Shown here piece after piece: positions 51,009-64,000 of a stretch of 64,000 bases of DNA. Origin of the DNA: Paragordius varius (lineage: Eukaryota > Animalia > Nematomorpha); contig OZ176057.1 of the NCBI GenBank assembly GCA_964247055.1, forward strand, positions 6,014,001 to 6,078,000. The letters are read 5' to 3'. Numbering within the stretch: position 1 is the stretch's first letter; every line of letters begins with the position of its first letter. The position numbers were made by a program, and so were the translations under genes. The notes under the pieces are model-generated. The model had not been told where the DNA came from, made no database searches, and saw only the letters and a program-made list of their open reading frames with translations.

Positions 51009-53941
51009 TTTTTTTATTTATTTTTAAAAATTGAAACCGTAATTCTGAAAATATAACTTTTGTACCTTTTTTAAATATGTTGTTTTATTTTCAAATATTA
51101 TTTTATTTGATCGTTTTTAATTCTTCAAGTAATATCGTACACGAAACTGTGACTTATAAAATAATGATTAATACAAATTATCAAAAACACATATTAGCAA
51201 AAAACAATAGGAACCAAAACACAAAATAATTTGCAAATGAAATAAAAAGGTTTCGGCTTAGAAGGAGCATTTGTTTTTATGGCCCTTTTCGTTCTTAATT
51301 ATTTATATAAAGTTTTGTAACTATAATATTTTAAAATCGATTGAATATAAAATCTAATAAATTATTATTGATTTTTCAAACAAGTCAAAAAATTTTTGTC
51401 AAAATTGTAAAATATATTTTTTTACCTTTAATATTTTGGATTTTATCCAATTATTTAAGTTTTCAATCTGGATTTTTAACTACCAGGAAGTCGCATAGAT
51501 CACGCGCATCATGAAGGGAAAGCCAGGCTAGCTTTGGAAGAAACGCTAGAATTGGAAAAAGTTGTTTCTTACCTTGTGGATCGAACTCAAAAATCAGCTG
51601 ATCTCGATGAAGAAAATAAAACAGCTGATGATGATTCTGAAACGTTAATTATAGTAACAGCTGACCATTCACACGTGTTTAATCTTGGGGGCTATCCGTT
51701 AAGGGGAAACCCTATTTTTGGTTAGTATTTCTTAATAAGATTTGCTTTATATACCCTGTACTATATAATCACATGTTTAATGGGATAAAAATATAATGCA
51801 GGCATTGGAACCAGAACCGATTTTGTTGAGATCAGTCCTTTTACTTTTTTAAATTTTCTTTTATATAATTTCAAGTTTTTCATTTTTAATAAATATAAAT
51901 AACTTTGATTTTCAATTTTACCACATTATACAAAAACAATTGGTTAAAAGAAGGTAAATGTAATAGAAATATATTTTGGCAAAAAAGTTCTTTAAAACCC
52001 TAACCAAAATTTAAATTCCTGGTTATAAACTCTCCAGTTTTCTTAATTCTTGTTTGTGATATTGGCTATAACTTATTTATTAAAACGATTCATTAAATAT
52101 TATCCAATTAAAGGTCCGTAAAATTTTTGACATTACACATCAAATGCTTTTTTCATCTTGTTTTAAAACTTTTTATATGCCTTAAATTTTAGGTTTAAAC
52201 CGAGAATATCTGACGCGGGAATTTGAATTATCTGATGTAGATGATCTGCCTTATACACCGCTAACGTATGGGAACGGACCTGGCGGGCTAAACACTAAAA
52301 TATATAACCAAAGGCCCGATGTTAGAAACACAAAAATTGGTTTTTTACATCTATGAAGTTTTGTAACTGTCATAATATTTCAATTAAAATTTAATTTGAA
52401 ATCAAAATTTTAATTTTTAATTGTAAGTTATAAAGACAAAACCTAAAAGCATATATGTTTCTTATAAAGAGTTTTTTATGATAATATAACGTGAATAAAA
52501 TGTAAATATATAGAGTATGCATTTTAATGGTTGCTTATATCACAGCTCTATAGTTGGGGGCAATATCCACAATAGTGTAACCAAATGTTGATAAACTTTT
52601 ATTTCTTTCTTTTTTTTGATCATTTATATGCACACTGTAATTGATTGTGCCACTAATATACATTTCTATTTCTTAATCATAAAATTGAGGGTTAGAAAAG
52701 TATGGCTAAAAATATTTGTATTTTAGCATTTATGATTTATCTTTATAATTTCAATTACAATTTTTATAAAATTTATATTTCAAAAGGCAAAACAAACTAA
52801 AAGAGTTATTACACAGTTTTAAGATCAAATATGGTTGTCTTTTTGTAAAACAAAGTATCAATTGGTTCTTGAAAATAATGGAAATTATTTAAAACAGGCA
52901 TTTTAATAACTAGTAATCTTTGAACGTAAAAAGATCACAAAATTCAAATTTTCACTAAAATATATGCCAAATTTTACTTTGTAAAAATATAAATTTTATT
53001 AAATTTAGTAATAATCAATTTTTTATCAGATGATCCCGATTATCAAGCTCAAGCGGCTATACCTTTAAGTGAGGAAAGTCATGGAGGCGAAGATGTGCCT
53101 GTATATGCGATAGGTATTTAAATATTAATTAAACATTTTTATTTTTATAAAAGTGTTTTTGGAAAAAATATAATTATAAAATTTTTTTGAAAAACTTATT
53201 TAGATCGTTGAGTTACATATATACATATAAAGCAAAAATTGAAATTATGCGGGTAAAAGGTAAAAATGTAAAGACAATTTCTTTCGAAAAACACCATACC
53301 TTTTAACCTTAATTTACCCTACAAAAATAATTTATGTAAAAAAATCTTTATCATTTAAATATCACTTTTTTCACTTTAAACAATCAGTTTTACAAAAAAA
53401 TATTGTTGTCGTTTAGGAAAACTATATGTCTTTGTTGCTAAATAGCATATACAATTAAGGGCAGTATTATTGGCTTATAGTTATTTTTTTACTTTTTACT
53501 ATTATTAGCCCCAATAATTCTCTTTGCTGCATATGCTATTTGGCAATAATTTATAGCTTTGCATCAATATATATACTTAATAATAGTGTATTTAAGTTTG
53601 ATCCTTACAATTTAAATTTCATAATGTCTGTCAAATTTGGGGCTGTTTACACGTTTAAGAGACTACTTTATTTGTTTTTTTGCAATTTTAAACATTGATA
53701 TTTCAAAAAAAAATGAAAATTTAAAAAGTATGGTTGTCTTTTAAAAAAAGAAACCTATGTTTTACGTTTTGTCTGTCCGTATAATTTAAATTTTTACTGT
53801 ACTTATATTCGAATACGATATTGCTTAGGACGGAATGCTCATTTGTTTAGTGGAACGTTTGAACAACATTACATAAATCACGCCATGTCGTATGCCAGCT
53901 GTGTTGGTCCTTACATCCACGAAAAACATTGCTCAAAATAA
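50828..53941 (+). pseudogene. ALP: 5'-truncated alkaline phosphatase copy (exons 7-11, reading frame intact)
   Basis: Exons 50828-50968, 51487-51720, 52193-52339, 53030-53113, 53829-53941 (TAA); splice sites intact. Two in-frame 3-nt insertions, mostly synonymous changes, and GPNAH to GRNAH. No exons 1-6 between 27560 and 50756. Confidence 0.8.
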
Positions 53942-54424
53942 TTTATTTTACTTTTATTATGTTTTATTTTTTTCCAAACACCAAAATTATAAATTTCTTA
54001 GCTTTTTTTGTGCTATATATTTTATATAAATCAATATATCATTTATTAAAATATTATGAATAAATTGCAAAAGTGTTATATTTGGGTAACAATTGTAGTT
54101 AATAATTACATTCAATTCTTTGGCAAAAGAATTTTAGTATCCATTTACATATAATATAAGATCATAGATATATTCTAAAGTATGATTTGATACTCAAATA
54201 GCTGTTTAATATAGCAAAACAATAAAAGTCTTTGAAGTTTGCGATAACCTTAACCAATAAAACATTAGTTTACAAATATCATATGATGCGTATGAAATGG
54301 CTTTTATTTTAACATAATTCTTTTGCATTGGTAGATATATGCTTTAAGTAAACGCTTAAAAAGTATAAGTAAACTCTCGTAATTTTGATGAGGACTAAAC
54401 ACGTCCTAAAAACAAAGTTAGCAA

Positions 54425-55319
54425 CTATTTTTTGCCCTTTTTCTTATTATCAGCCGATGATCCTTTATCTTTTTCTTTTGTTTGTCTTTGGAATCACTTG
54501 CGGGTGCCGGAGATTGGGATTCATCCCGTTTTCCACTTTTAGAGGACTTATCTTTTTTGGTGCCAGACGAGGATGATTTGGTCAAATCTTTCGTTTTACT
54601 TGATTTTTTGTCTGTTGTCCCTGCTGCACTAATTTTAACGCCACTTTCTTTTTTCTTGGCTTTTTTGTCTACTAAATATAAATGATTTAGGGTAAATTAA
54701 ATTGTTTAACCAGTCTAATTAAATTGCCAACCCAATATCTATCATAGTATGAAAAGGAATAATACTGAAGTTTTATAATATAAAAGATACCGATTTAAGA
54801 TTGTCTAAACAGGTGAGTTAGGGTAAATTATATTGTTTAACCAGTCTAATTAGTATCCATCATAGTATGTTATAAAGTAAGGGAATAGTGCCGACGCGTT
54901 TATAATATAAAAGATACCGATATCAGATCCTTTTAACCACAAAATAGTTCTTTCGTAAAAACTCTCCTTACTAAAACTTTATTTTTAACTAAAATTCACT
55001 TAATAACTTTTAAAAAATAATAACCCCTTTATAAAGAGATATATTCACGTTGAACTACAAAACACAGCCAAACTAAAATAAATTTGGTAAGGTTTTAGAT
55101 GAACACAAATTCCATATAAATCCATACCATCAATGTCATGTTTTGAGCTTTTTTTGGATTTTCCCTTTTCATCTCCTCTACTCTTTGATTTGTGATGACT
55201 GCTTCCTTTTTTACGCTTTTTTTCATCCTCGGAATCACGAGATTCATTAGGTGGCGTGTTTAATTCAGGGGTCGTACTACCTCCTGGACTGCTTGAAGGG
55301 ACTGGCTGATAACCTGTAC
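54425..55319 (-). CDS. Last two exons of the Lys/Ser-rich protein, copy 2
   Basis: Exons 55319-55128 (192 nt, in frame) and 54668-54425. A 2-nt shorter T-run near 54471 gives an early TAA about 12 codons before the copy-1 stop. Confidence 0.65.
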
Positions 55320-56035
55320 CTAGGGCAAAAGCAATTTAGTTTTTATACTTAATTAAATTTTTTGCAATAAATTTGATAAATTTCTGCTAGAGTTTTCAAA
55401 ATTTTATAGGTTAGATTATATTTTTTACATAAAACTTTAAGTTTAGCCGATTATTAGTAACATTTAAAATGGAATAATATTATATTGAGCATAAATCCAC
55501 TCCCTACATCTGTCGTGATTGAGTTTTTGAATAAAATAAACTGCTATATAATGGACATTAATAGTGATTTTGATTTGCAAAAATCGTTAGTAATTAAAGT
55601 CAGTAGCTTAATACAGTAATTAAAGTAAATAAATGTGCATGGGAAAACACTACGATACCCTTAATAGAACCGTGGCTTTAATTTCAAACAGTGTTCCAAA
55701 AAATTTAACAGTTTTATTAATCTAAAAAATATTCGCAATCTTGATTTATGATTTGTGTGAATAACATATTATACAAGCAAAAACCAAAATTTAATAAAAC
55801 AATCATCAACTCTAAAATTGTCAAGACCAAAATCATTTTGTTTGGAATAGTTTATGTATGATAATTCTATTATTAACATTCTTTATGATACAATTAGCCA
55901 TACACTCGTTAGAATTTTATAAATAGCTTTAAAAAACCAATGGCGGTTTTACAATTTAACATCACATTTTTAAATATACACCACCATATTTACCCGCAAG
56001 TAAAAACAGATTCGATAATATGTAATCGAAAACAA

Positions 56036-57225
56036 TAAAAATCAAACTTGATCACAAAAATACGAAATTTTTAATTTAATTTTCAAAGTTAACAAACTTA
56101 AACACTTTTGGAAATTCTGTCAAAAATATATAATACCTTTTTTATTCTTTTTCCGTTTGCGCACAATGATTAAAATTATGATAAGGAAGAGCGTTACCCC
56201 AACCAAAAAACTGAGTGATATAATTCCCGGGACAAAAAAATTGTTTGCGGCTAAATAGAGTATTTAAATTTATCTTTTGTCCTTTTGACAATAAAAAATT
56301 GAAATTTTACGGACAAAACCTTAATTATATATTATTTATTTTTTAGAAATAAATTGTACTTTTCTGATTTACACATAAAACTTTATTTAAAATTGTAAAT
56401 AGAGAAATAGATATATAAATTGGTGACACAATCAATTACATATTTTAATATTGTAAAAAGTTTAAAAAGTGTGAATGATGTCTTTTATACCATTTTTCAG
56501 TTTATAGTCTATGAGATTCAACTTTGCTTAAAATATTTATATCCTCCTTTTTATTCTTTTTTATATTGGTGTATGTATAAACTGCCGTTGGACCCAGAAT
56601 TTTTTTTAAAAAATCATAAACCAATCAGCCTAAACATTCTCATTTACGTTGCTTTATATCATGAAATATTAAATATAATTTAAAAGGCAGCTCTTATTTC
56701 TAAACAAGGTACTTTAATTTGTCTTACTCTATCAACAAAATTTGATGATACGTTCCTATGATTGATAACAAATTATTGAAAAAGGGGGACTATATTTTAA
56801 CATATTTGACTAATTTTAATGCTTCCCCCCCCCCCCCAAAAAAAAAACTACATTATGAAAAATAAGATTTTAAAGGGGGGAGGGACTATTGTACTTTTAA
56901 CAAATTTAATTCTAAATTCTAATGCTTTTTTTTTATTTCGTAAAATTTAAAAGGGGGGACCACTTCAGTAGATTACCATACCCCCTATCACAAATCCTTT
57001 CAATCTGTTTAATATCTTCATCGTATAGGAATGAAGGCAAATTCTCAGCATTCAAACCTTTCAAGCCAAAATTTGAAATACGCCGCCTATGTGATGAGAC
57101 CAAAGAATAATCTAATGACATTGTTCAGCAACATTGTCGCAAAAACGGAGAGGAAGCCTTGTTGGGGGCATTCAAGTTGACATTATAATTGATTATATAT
57201 GTTCGTTCCTATGATTTCCTACACA
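56036..57225. mobile_element. About 1.2-kb insertion specific to copy 2 (composite; includes a MITE-1 fragment and a GC-richer segment)
   Basis: Alignment to copy 1 breaks after GATAATATGTAATC and resumes at ACAGGAAATGATAAAAA. Contains a family-1 MITE fragment at about 56290-56470 and a C13 run at 56825-56837. Confidence 0.6.
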
Positions 57226-59361
57226 GATACAGGAAATGATAAAAAAGGATTTAATTAGAAATAATGTTGGTTTGTTAAGGAAGTGAATTAGACAAATATG
57301 TCAAATATTTATCAGCAAAATCGTTACATATACAGTAAATATTAAAAAATAAACGGAAAATACGTTATAAAATATAAAAACTATTTTTTTTCAAATGGCA
57401 ACAACCATATTTGCAAACTTAAAAGATTTTTCAAAAAATTTTAAACATTTTCAATTGCAAAATAGGGGGTAGATATATTGATTGTCATTAAAGTTTACAA
57501 AGGTCAAAATTGTAAAAACAAAATATACATTTATATTTGCTACATACTGCAAGATCCAAATATTATTAAGCTTAACTTCCATATTTGATACGGAATCAGG
57601 CCCACATTTGCTTTTCGAATAAAGTTGAAGTTTTAGTTTGTTCAATTCGTGAATCCATTAAAAACTGTAAAATATTTTCAACTAAACGCATTCTAAAAGC
57701 CATAACTTTTTCGAAACAAAGTAAACATATAATGAACCATTCTGCCCCAAAGAGTAATTTATTGTGAAGCAAATTTTTGAATTTATGTATGTATGAATAC
57801 CACCTAGCATAAACGAAATTAATTTGGATTAAAAAATTTGGACTTAAATAAAATTAGTTTATATCGTTAATGTTGATGTTTAAATATAATTTATGTAGTA
57901 TGACATGCAAAAATATTTTTGTCTCCAATAAAGATGAGAATATAAATAAATTTTTTTAATATGGATAATTTATATTGTATTGATGCCTCTTATATATCAC
58001 ATCATGGGTAATTATATCTGTAAAAGTCTGATAACTCATTGTAATCCTATATATATATATATATAAATATGGGTAAATATGATTATGATTTCAAGGTTAT
58101 TTGCTTACTAATATTAATCACTATTATACCAAAATAATATAATAAAAGCTTTAAATAATTATATATTCATAAAACTATTCAATATATATATATATAGGCA
58201 AGTTGACCAAATCCTCTTTTTTTATTCTTTTTTATATATATTGAGAGTATTAACACCGATAAATCCTTAAAAATAAATTATTTTGACCTAAATTATAATA
58301 CTTTATTGCTTTACAAGTCTTCTAACCTAAAACAATTGCAACTTACATAGAACTGAACAACTTTCATTATTGATTTTGTTCTACTACTATTATCTGAAAA
58401 ATTAATTTTAAACCATTTCGAATTAATTTTGTGATAAAAATACTATATCATAACCAATTTTTTGGTTTCATAAATGGTTTTGTTAGGAATCATATCCTGG
58501 TTTGATAAAATTATTTTTTTGTATTTGTATATAAGCGATGTTATAGTGATTTTAATTAAATTTATGTTTCGCAGCCCGAGGAAGTCCTGAGGACTTTCTC
58601 TAATCTCTAACCTAACCCTAGCTTACAAAGTCGAGAGCCTTAAAATTGTTTCCGCATAAAAATTTTATGAATCTTATTTGACGCCAAAAACATATAAATA
58701 AATCTTGCACATATATTAATGATTAAATATAATTTTTTTATTTAACATTTTATTCTTGACACCATGTAACTTAGAGCAATGCACAATTTTCTGCAGAAAC
58801 CTAAAATTAATAATTAAAACTTAAAATGCCATGAATATATAATTAAAAAAGAAATAATTTTTATTTAGCTATGTTTATCATTAATTTCCTATTTATAAAT
58901 TTAAGTGGTCTAGTTTGGACAAAGCATTCTAGTTTTAAATAGTAATTAATTTTTAAATTTTAAAAAAACATCTAAAAATAATATAAGATTTGTTGGTAAA
59001 GTTTTATTAATTTGAAAATCAATCAAAAAAATAAATGATAAAATTAATATGGAATTAGCAGAATACTTGCCAATAATTTGTAGCCAACACATTTTCATTA
59101 AAGTAGATAAAAATTATATAACTATGCCACTATATAATATATCTATATTAAGATTTGGATAATAAAAATTAAATGTAAACATTATGTAATGTTTGTAATT
59201 CCTTATAGCTTAAAGTATTCAATGCTCTTTACACCGATCTCTAATTATTTCCTAAAAAAAATCAACATATGTTACCTATTCCTCTATTATTAATAAATTT
59301 AAATTGATATTTTTATATTTAAGCACATAATTATCCATAAATATAAGGTATAAGTAAAAAG

Positions 59362-59500
59362 TAAATGCGTGGGTCTCGGCCTGCTACGCAGCCCGAGGAA
59401 GTCCTGCGGACTTCTTTAAGGAAATGAACCAACTCCAATCCCTCACCCTAACCCTAGCCCACAAACTCGAAACCTGACAGTGTCAGATTTTAAACTAAGG
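59362..59500 (-). mobile_element. 140-bp G4/double-hairpin element (duplicate of 31935-32075)
   Basis: Identical core; C-tracts at 59440-59460. A truncated degenerate copy lies at 58566-58640. Confidence 0.8.
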
Positions 59501-60714
59501 ATTGAAATAATTTACATTTTTTACCATATAACCAAATATTTTTATTGGTTTTTTAAATCGTAGTAAAGAATATGAAATGCCTATTGTTTTAAAATAAGAT
59601 TTATATTCAGCTTTTTCAAAATGGGAACTAATTATTAAAAAAGTTGAGGAATTTAATGATATTTTTATCCAACATTGATATCGTGTTTTAGTTTGTTCAT
59701 GTTATTGTCGTGTGTGGTTATACATAATTATTAAATGAAAAAACTCTTTTGATTGATTTTTAAAAGATTAGTTAATATTTAAACTAAACTGTTGATTACT
59801 GCTTAATTCTAAAGACATTTTCGCATGAACGATGGGAATTTAACATTGCGAGCTTAAAAAGTTTTAAGATAAATAATCCATTTTAATTTTAAATGATAAA
59901 ATTGTTAGGATTCAACCATTTCTTAATTGAGAAGTATTACACTTTTAAAGGTTATTAAATGTTAAGTTAGCAATTCCCAGATATTCTGTATCGTTCTATG
60001 GTATAAAAAAAGTTTAAATTTTGTTTTAATACAGATAACTCTTAATGCTTTCTGTTTAAAAAACTGAAACCAAACTTTTTACCTTAACCCTTATCCCCAC
60101 AGGACATAACTTATTTTCAATCTTATTTACATATTTTTTTAATTGAATTAAAACAGAATAAAAACTTATATTTGATTGATTCACATTTTAAAATTAATAT
60201 ATATATTAGTATGAATTAATAGAGAATCATCATATATTGGTAATTATCGTAAGCACACTTTAAATATCTTTTACCTAAATAAACTATCTATGATGATTGA
60301 TTTTAATGAAATGGAAATCCAAAAAAAATCAGAGCTCTTGTTGTTGAAAGCTTATTATATGATGTATTTGATTTTAACATTAATTTAATATTAGATGAAT
60401 TATAAATCTTTTAGATAATAATCCATAAACTTTTTAAAAAACATTCTGCTTTATAAGAGAAAAAAAATTCTAAGATCACTAAATTATGAACCAATATATT
60501 AATCAAATTACACACAGGTTAAAACTTAAATACCTTTATTAATAATTGTTATTTTAATATTGAAACAAATTAGATTAATTAATTAATTAATTAATTTTTG
60601 ATATTAGCCATTTGTGTAATCAAACATTTAAGTAAGAAAATAAATATAAATTTACATCTTTAATTATATTAATAGAGATTGTTAAAATATTATTGCCATA
60701 TTTTTTTAACATAT

Positions 60715-61095
60715 TTTTCTCCGAATTTGATTTACATTTCTTTATAGGCGCCAGCCAAATAACATTAGTGTAATAAAAAAGGAATTATTTTTAGATATGA
60801 TGGATGGATGGATGCTATATTATAATAATAATATGTTTTATTGGAATGTGCACATGGGGGGAATAATAATAAAATAGAGGCGCCCAAACAATGTTGCGCA
60901 GTAAAGGGAGGGAATAAGTAATAATACATAATAGGAATAATAAGAGAGGGAAACGAAAGATATGTAAAGAAACATTTTTCCAGAAGGGGGGAGAAAAAGG
61001 CGCAAATGCACACATTAATTTGATTGGATAAAAAGATTACATATACATTTCGGCCTATATAAAGGGCGAAAATTTTACTATTCTTTCATTTATTT
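60715..61095. promoter_or_regulatory. Duplicate of the divergent promoter pair
   Basis: - strand TATAAA at 60746-60741; + strand TATAAA at 61058-61063 with Inr A at 61088 (30 nt downstream). Confidence 0.55.
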
Positions 61096-62006
61096 AATTT
61101 TTTTTTCCTCGCACATTTTTTGAGATGCTGTGGATAGATTGGGTCCATATGCAACTTCCCTACTTGCTATACAATGTATTGATTGCCATTACTATCTATA
61201 TAAGGTAAATTGTATTTATTTAATCATTATTAGAATACCATTGTTATTTGAAAAAAAAAGGAAACTGCTCAACAAATCCTAGAAACAATCGAATACAATA
61301 TAACCACCAATTAAAAGACAAATTATTGAAAACATGGTTGATATTATGCGACTGAAATGATGGGAAAATACGTTCTAATACAATTGTAATCAAACAATAT
61401 ATGTAAGTTTTGCATGTTTTATATAATATATACAGTATAATTACAAATGCATTGCTGGGTTTGCATTAAAATATTGTCAGATACGATTGATAGTAAAGAA
61501 CATTTATTGACTTCAACAAGAGGAATCTTTTCTTGCTATTAGCGTATAATTTAATTGAGAATTCTCTATCTGGCAAATACATTAACACAAACCCAGTTAT
61601 ATTTTATTAATTATACTGTAATTTTCCATTTTATAATATAAATACATGTTTAATTACGATAGTAATATATTGCTAACAAGTGGGTTTCTTGATTTTTTAT
61701 AATTTATTTTTCCTCATTTGTTTGAGGAAGATGAAATAGAAAGGTGAACATTTGTTATAATTATTTAGATGCTTGCTTGTTTTGAAATCTAAAATATCCA
61801 TCCTTGCAATTTAAAATAATTTTACATAAATTATAGCACTTGGTAAAATATTTTTTTGTATTGAATTTTTTTCTCTAAAATCATGTAAAAAAAATTTTGA
61901 TAAGGGAGAGGAAATGTTAACATGTAAAGGTGTACTTATGTTGTTATTTTTTAGGTGCATGCTTGTCCTATAAAATTTAATTTCTTAACAAAGGAATTCA
62001 TATTCT

Positions 62007-62222
62007 ATGGCTTTGCGGGCCGCATTAACTAACATTTTATTAAATATTAAAAATGATGCTGTAGAAACCACTATTTTGCTATCATTTTTTGGGAAATATT
62101 GTCAAAATTCCGTAAAAATTATTCAGAAATATGTTAAGGATAATCAATTTGCCTTAAATTTTATAAAAACTCGTGCAGTCTCAATATTGTGGAGAGCAGC
62201 GTGTTGGCCACGCCTCCTCTAA
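62007..62222 (+). CDS. Small hypothetical ORF, 71 aa
   Basis: Open ATG-TAA ORF; its homolog at 34604-34820 keeps the same start and stop. Differences are largely nonsynonymous, so coding status is unproven. Confidence 0.3.
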   Translation: MALRAALTNILLNIKNDAVETTILLSFFGKYCQNSVKIIQKYVKDNQFALNFIKTRAVSILWRAACWPRLL

Positions 62223-62499
62223 AAAATTCCTAGTATTTAAATTATGCACAACAAATTGGTTTCTTTGGGTTTTCTGACGTTTATTCATTGATATAACGCC
62301 TTCTTTTCATGTCTTCTATTTTTTCATACATAAAACTCCTTAAGGTAGTTTAAAAAGTAATAAAAATGGATTTAAAGTTTCGCAAATATATACTAAAATT
62401 ATTTAAAAATATTAAAAGTTTGTTAAAAAGTGAGAAATTGTTTAAAAATTAATTAAAAGTTATAAAAATTGGTTAAAAGTTGTAAATTTGAAAAATCGG

Positions 62500-64000
62500 T
62501 TAAAATTTGCTTAAAATCGGTTAAAATTTGTTAAAAATCCGTTCTTAATATTTTCTAAAAATCGGTTAAAGTTTCCTTAAAATTTGCTAAAAATCGATTA
62601 AACTTTTCTTAAAATTTGCTAAAAATCGGTTAAAGTTTCCTTAAAATCGGTTAAAATTTCCTTAAAATTTTCTAAAAATCGGTTAAAGTTTCCTTAAAAT
62701 TTGCTAAAAATCGATTAAAGTTTCCTTAAAATTTGCTAAAAATGGGTTAAAGTTTCCTTAAATTTAAAGTTTCCTTAAAATTTGCTAAAAATCGGTTAAA
62801 GTTTCCTTAAAATTTGCTAAAAATCGGTTAAAGTTTCCTTAAAATTTGCTAAAAATGGGTTAAAGTTTCCTTAAATTTAAAGTTTCCTTAAAATTTGCTA
62901 AAAATCGGTTAAAGTTTCCTTAAAATTTGCTAAAAATCGGTTAAAGTTTCCTTAAAATTTGCTAAAAATGGGTTAAAGTTTCCTTAAATTTAAAGTTTCC
63001 TTAAAATTTGCTAAAAATCGGTTAAAGTTTCCTTAAAATTTGCTAAAAATGGGTTAAAGTTTCCTTAAATTTAAAGTTTCCTTAAAATTTGCTAAAAATC
63101 GGTTAAAGTTTCCTTAAAATTTGCTAAAAATGGGTTAAAGTTTCCTTAAATTTAAAGTTTCCTTAAAATTTGCTAAAAATCGGTTAAAGTTTCCTTAAAA
63201 TTTGCTAAAAATGGGTTAAAGTTTCCTTAAAATTTGCTAAAAATTGGTTAAAGTTTCCTTAAAATTTGCTAAAAATTGGTTAAAGTTTCCTTAAAATTTC
63301 CTTAAAATTTGCTAAAAATCGGTTAAAGTTTCCTTAAAATTTGCTAAAAATGGGTTAAAGTTTCCTTAAATTTAAAGTTTCCTTAAAATTTGCTAAAAAT
63401 CGGTTAAAGTTTCCTTAAAATTTGCTAAAAATCGGTTAAAGTTTCCTTAAAATTTGCTAAAAATGGGTTAAAGTTTCCTTAAATTTAAAGTTTCCTTAAA
63501 ATTTGCTAAAAATCGGTTAAAGTTTCCTTAAAATTTGCTAAAAATCGGTTAAAGTTTCCTTAAAATTTGCTAAAAATGGGTTAAAGTTTCCTTAAATTTA
63601 AAGTTTCCTTAAAATTTGCTAAAAATCGGTTAAAGTTTCCTTAAAATTTGCTAAAAATGGGTTAAAGTTTCCTTAAATTTAAAGTTTCCTTAAAATTTGC
63701 TAAAAATCGGTTAAAGTTTCCTTAAAATTTGCTAAAAATGGGTTAAAGTTTCCTTAAATTTAAAGTTTCCTTAAAATTTGCTAAAAATCGGTTAAAGTTT
63801 CCTTAAAATTTGCTAAAAATCGGTTAAAGTTTCCTTAAAATTTGCTAAAAATGGGTTAAAGTTTCCTTAAATTTAAAGTTTCCTTAAAATTTGCTAAAAA
63901 TTGGTTAAAGTTTCCTTAAAATTTGCTAAAAATCGGTTAAAGTTTCCTTAAATTTGCTAAAAATCGGTTAAAGTTTCCTTAAAATTTGCTAAAAATTGGT
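62500..64000. repeat. Satellite A, copy-2 array (runs off the window)
   Basis: 32-bp unit plus array-specific variants ATGGGTT and a 17-bp AAATTTAAAGTTTCCTT insert. The insert is spaced 113,113,81,81,220 bp, repeating (608-bp higher-order unit). Confidence 0.97.

Larger units (their letters stand above)
50757..64000 (+). repeat. Diverged second copy (segmental duplication or alternate haplotype) of about 24518-36000
   Basis: Collinear match of ALP exons 7-11, the Lys/Ser exons, the element copies, the promoter pair and satellite A. The offset grows from about 26.2 kb to 27.4 kb. Exons are nearly identical; introns carry many indels. Confidence 0.95.

Overview
Very AT-rich animal (invertebrate-like) genomic DNA with spliceosomal GT-AG introns; the species cannot be determined from the sequence. 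Left to right: (1) the 3' half of a CASK/LIN-2 MAGUK gene (+, 10 exons read, 93-12629), with large Asn/Ser-rich insertions and introns built from MITEs and tandem copies of its own splice junctions; (2) an intergenic Tc1-type foldback MITE containing a nested hairpin insert with a partial hammerhead-ribozyme-like core; (3) a complete 11-exon alkaline phosphatase gene (+, 17480-27559, 613 aa by my splicing, signal peptide, no GPI signal); (4) the last two exons of a Lys/Ser-rich gene (-); (5) a divergent TATA promoter pair followed by about 14 kb of four satellite arrays. These arrays are punctuated by three similar, stop-containing exon-like units and bracketed by inverted copies of a 140-bp element carrying a G-quadruplex motif and two hairpins; (6) a GIY-YIG nuclease remnant with long foldback hairpins; (7) from about 50757 to the window end, a diverged second copy of about 24518-36000 (ALP exons 7-11, the Lys/Ser gene end, the promoters and the first satellite). 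All exon calls, alignments and coordinates were made by eye. Several 1-2 nt homopolymer frameshifts suggest possible long-read errors. The duplication could be real or could be two haplotypes assembled in tandem.
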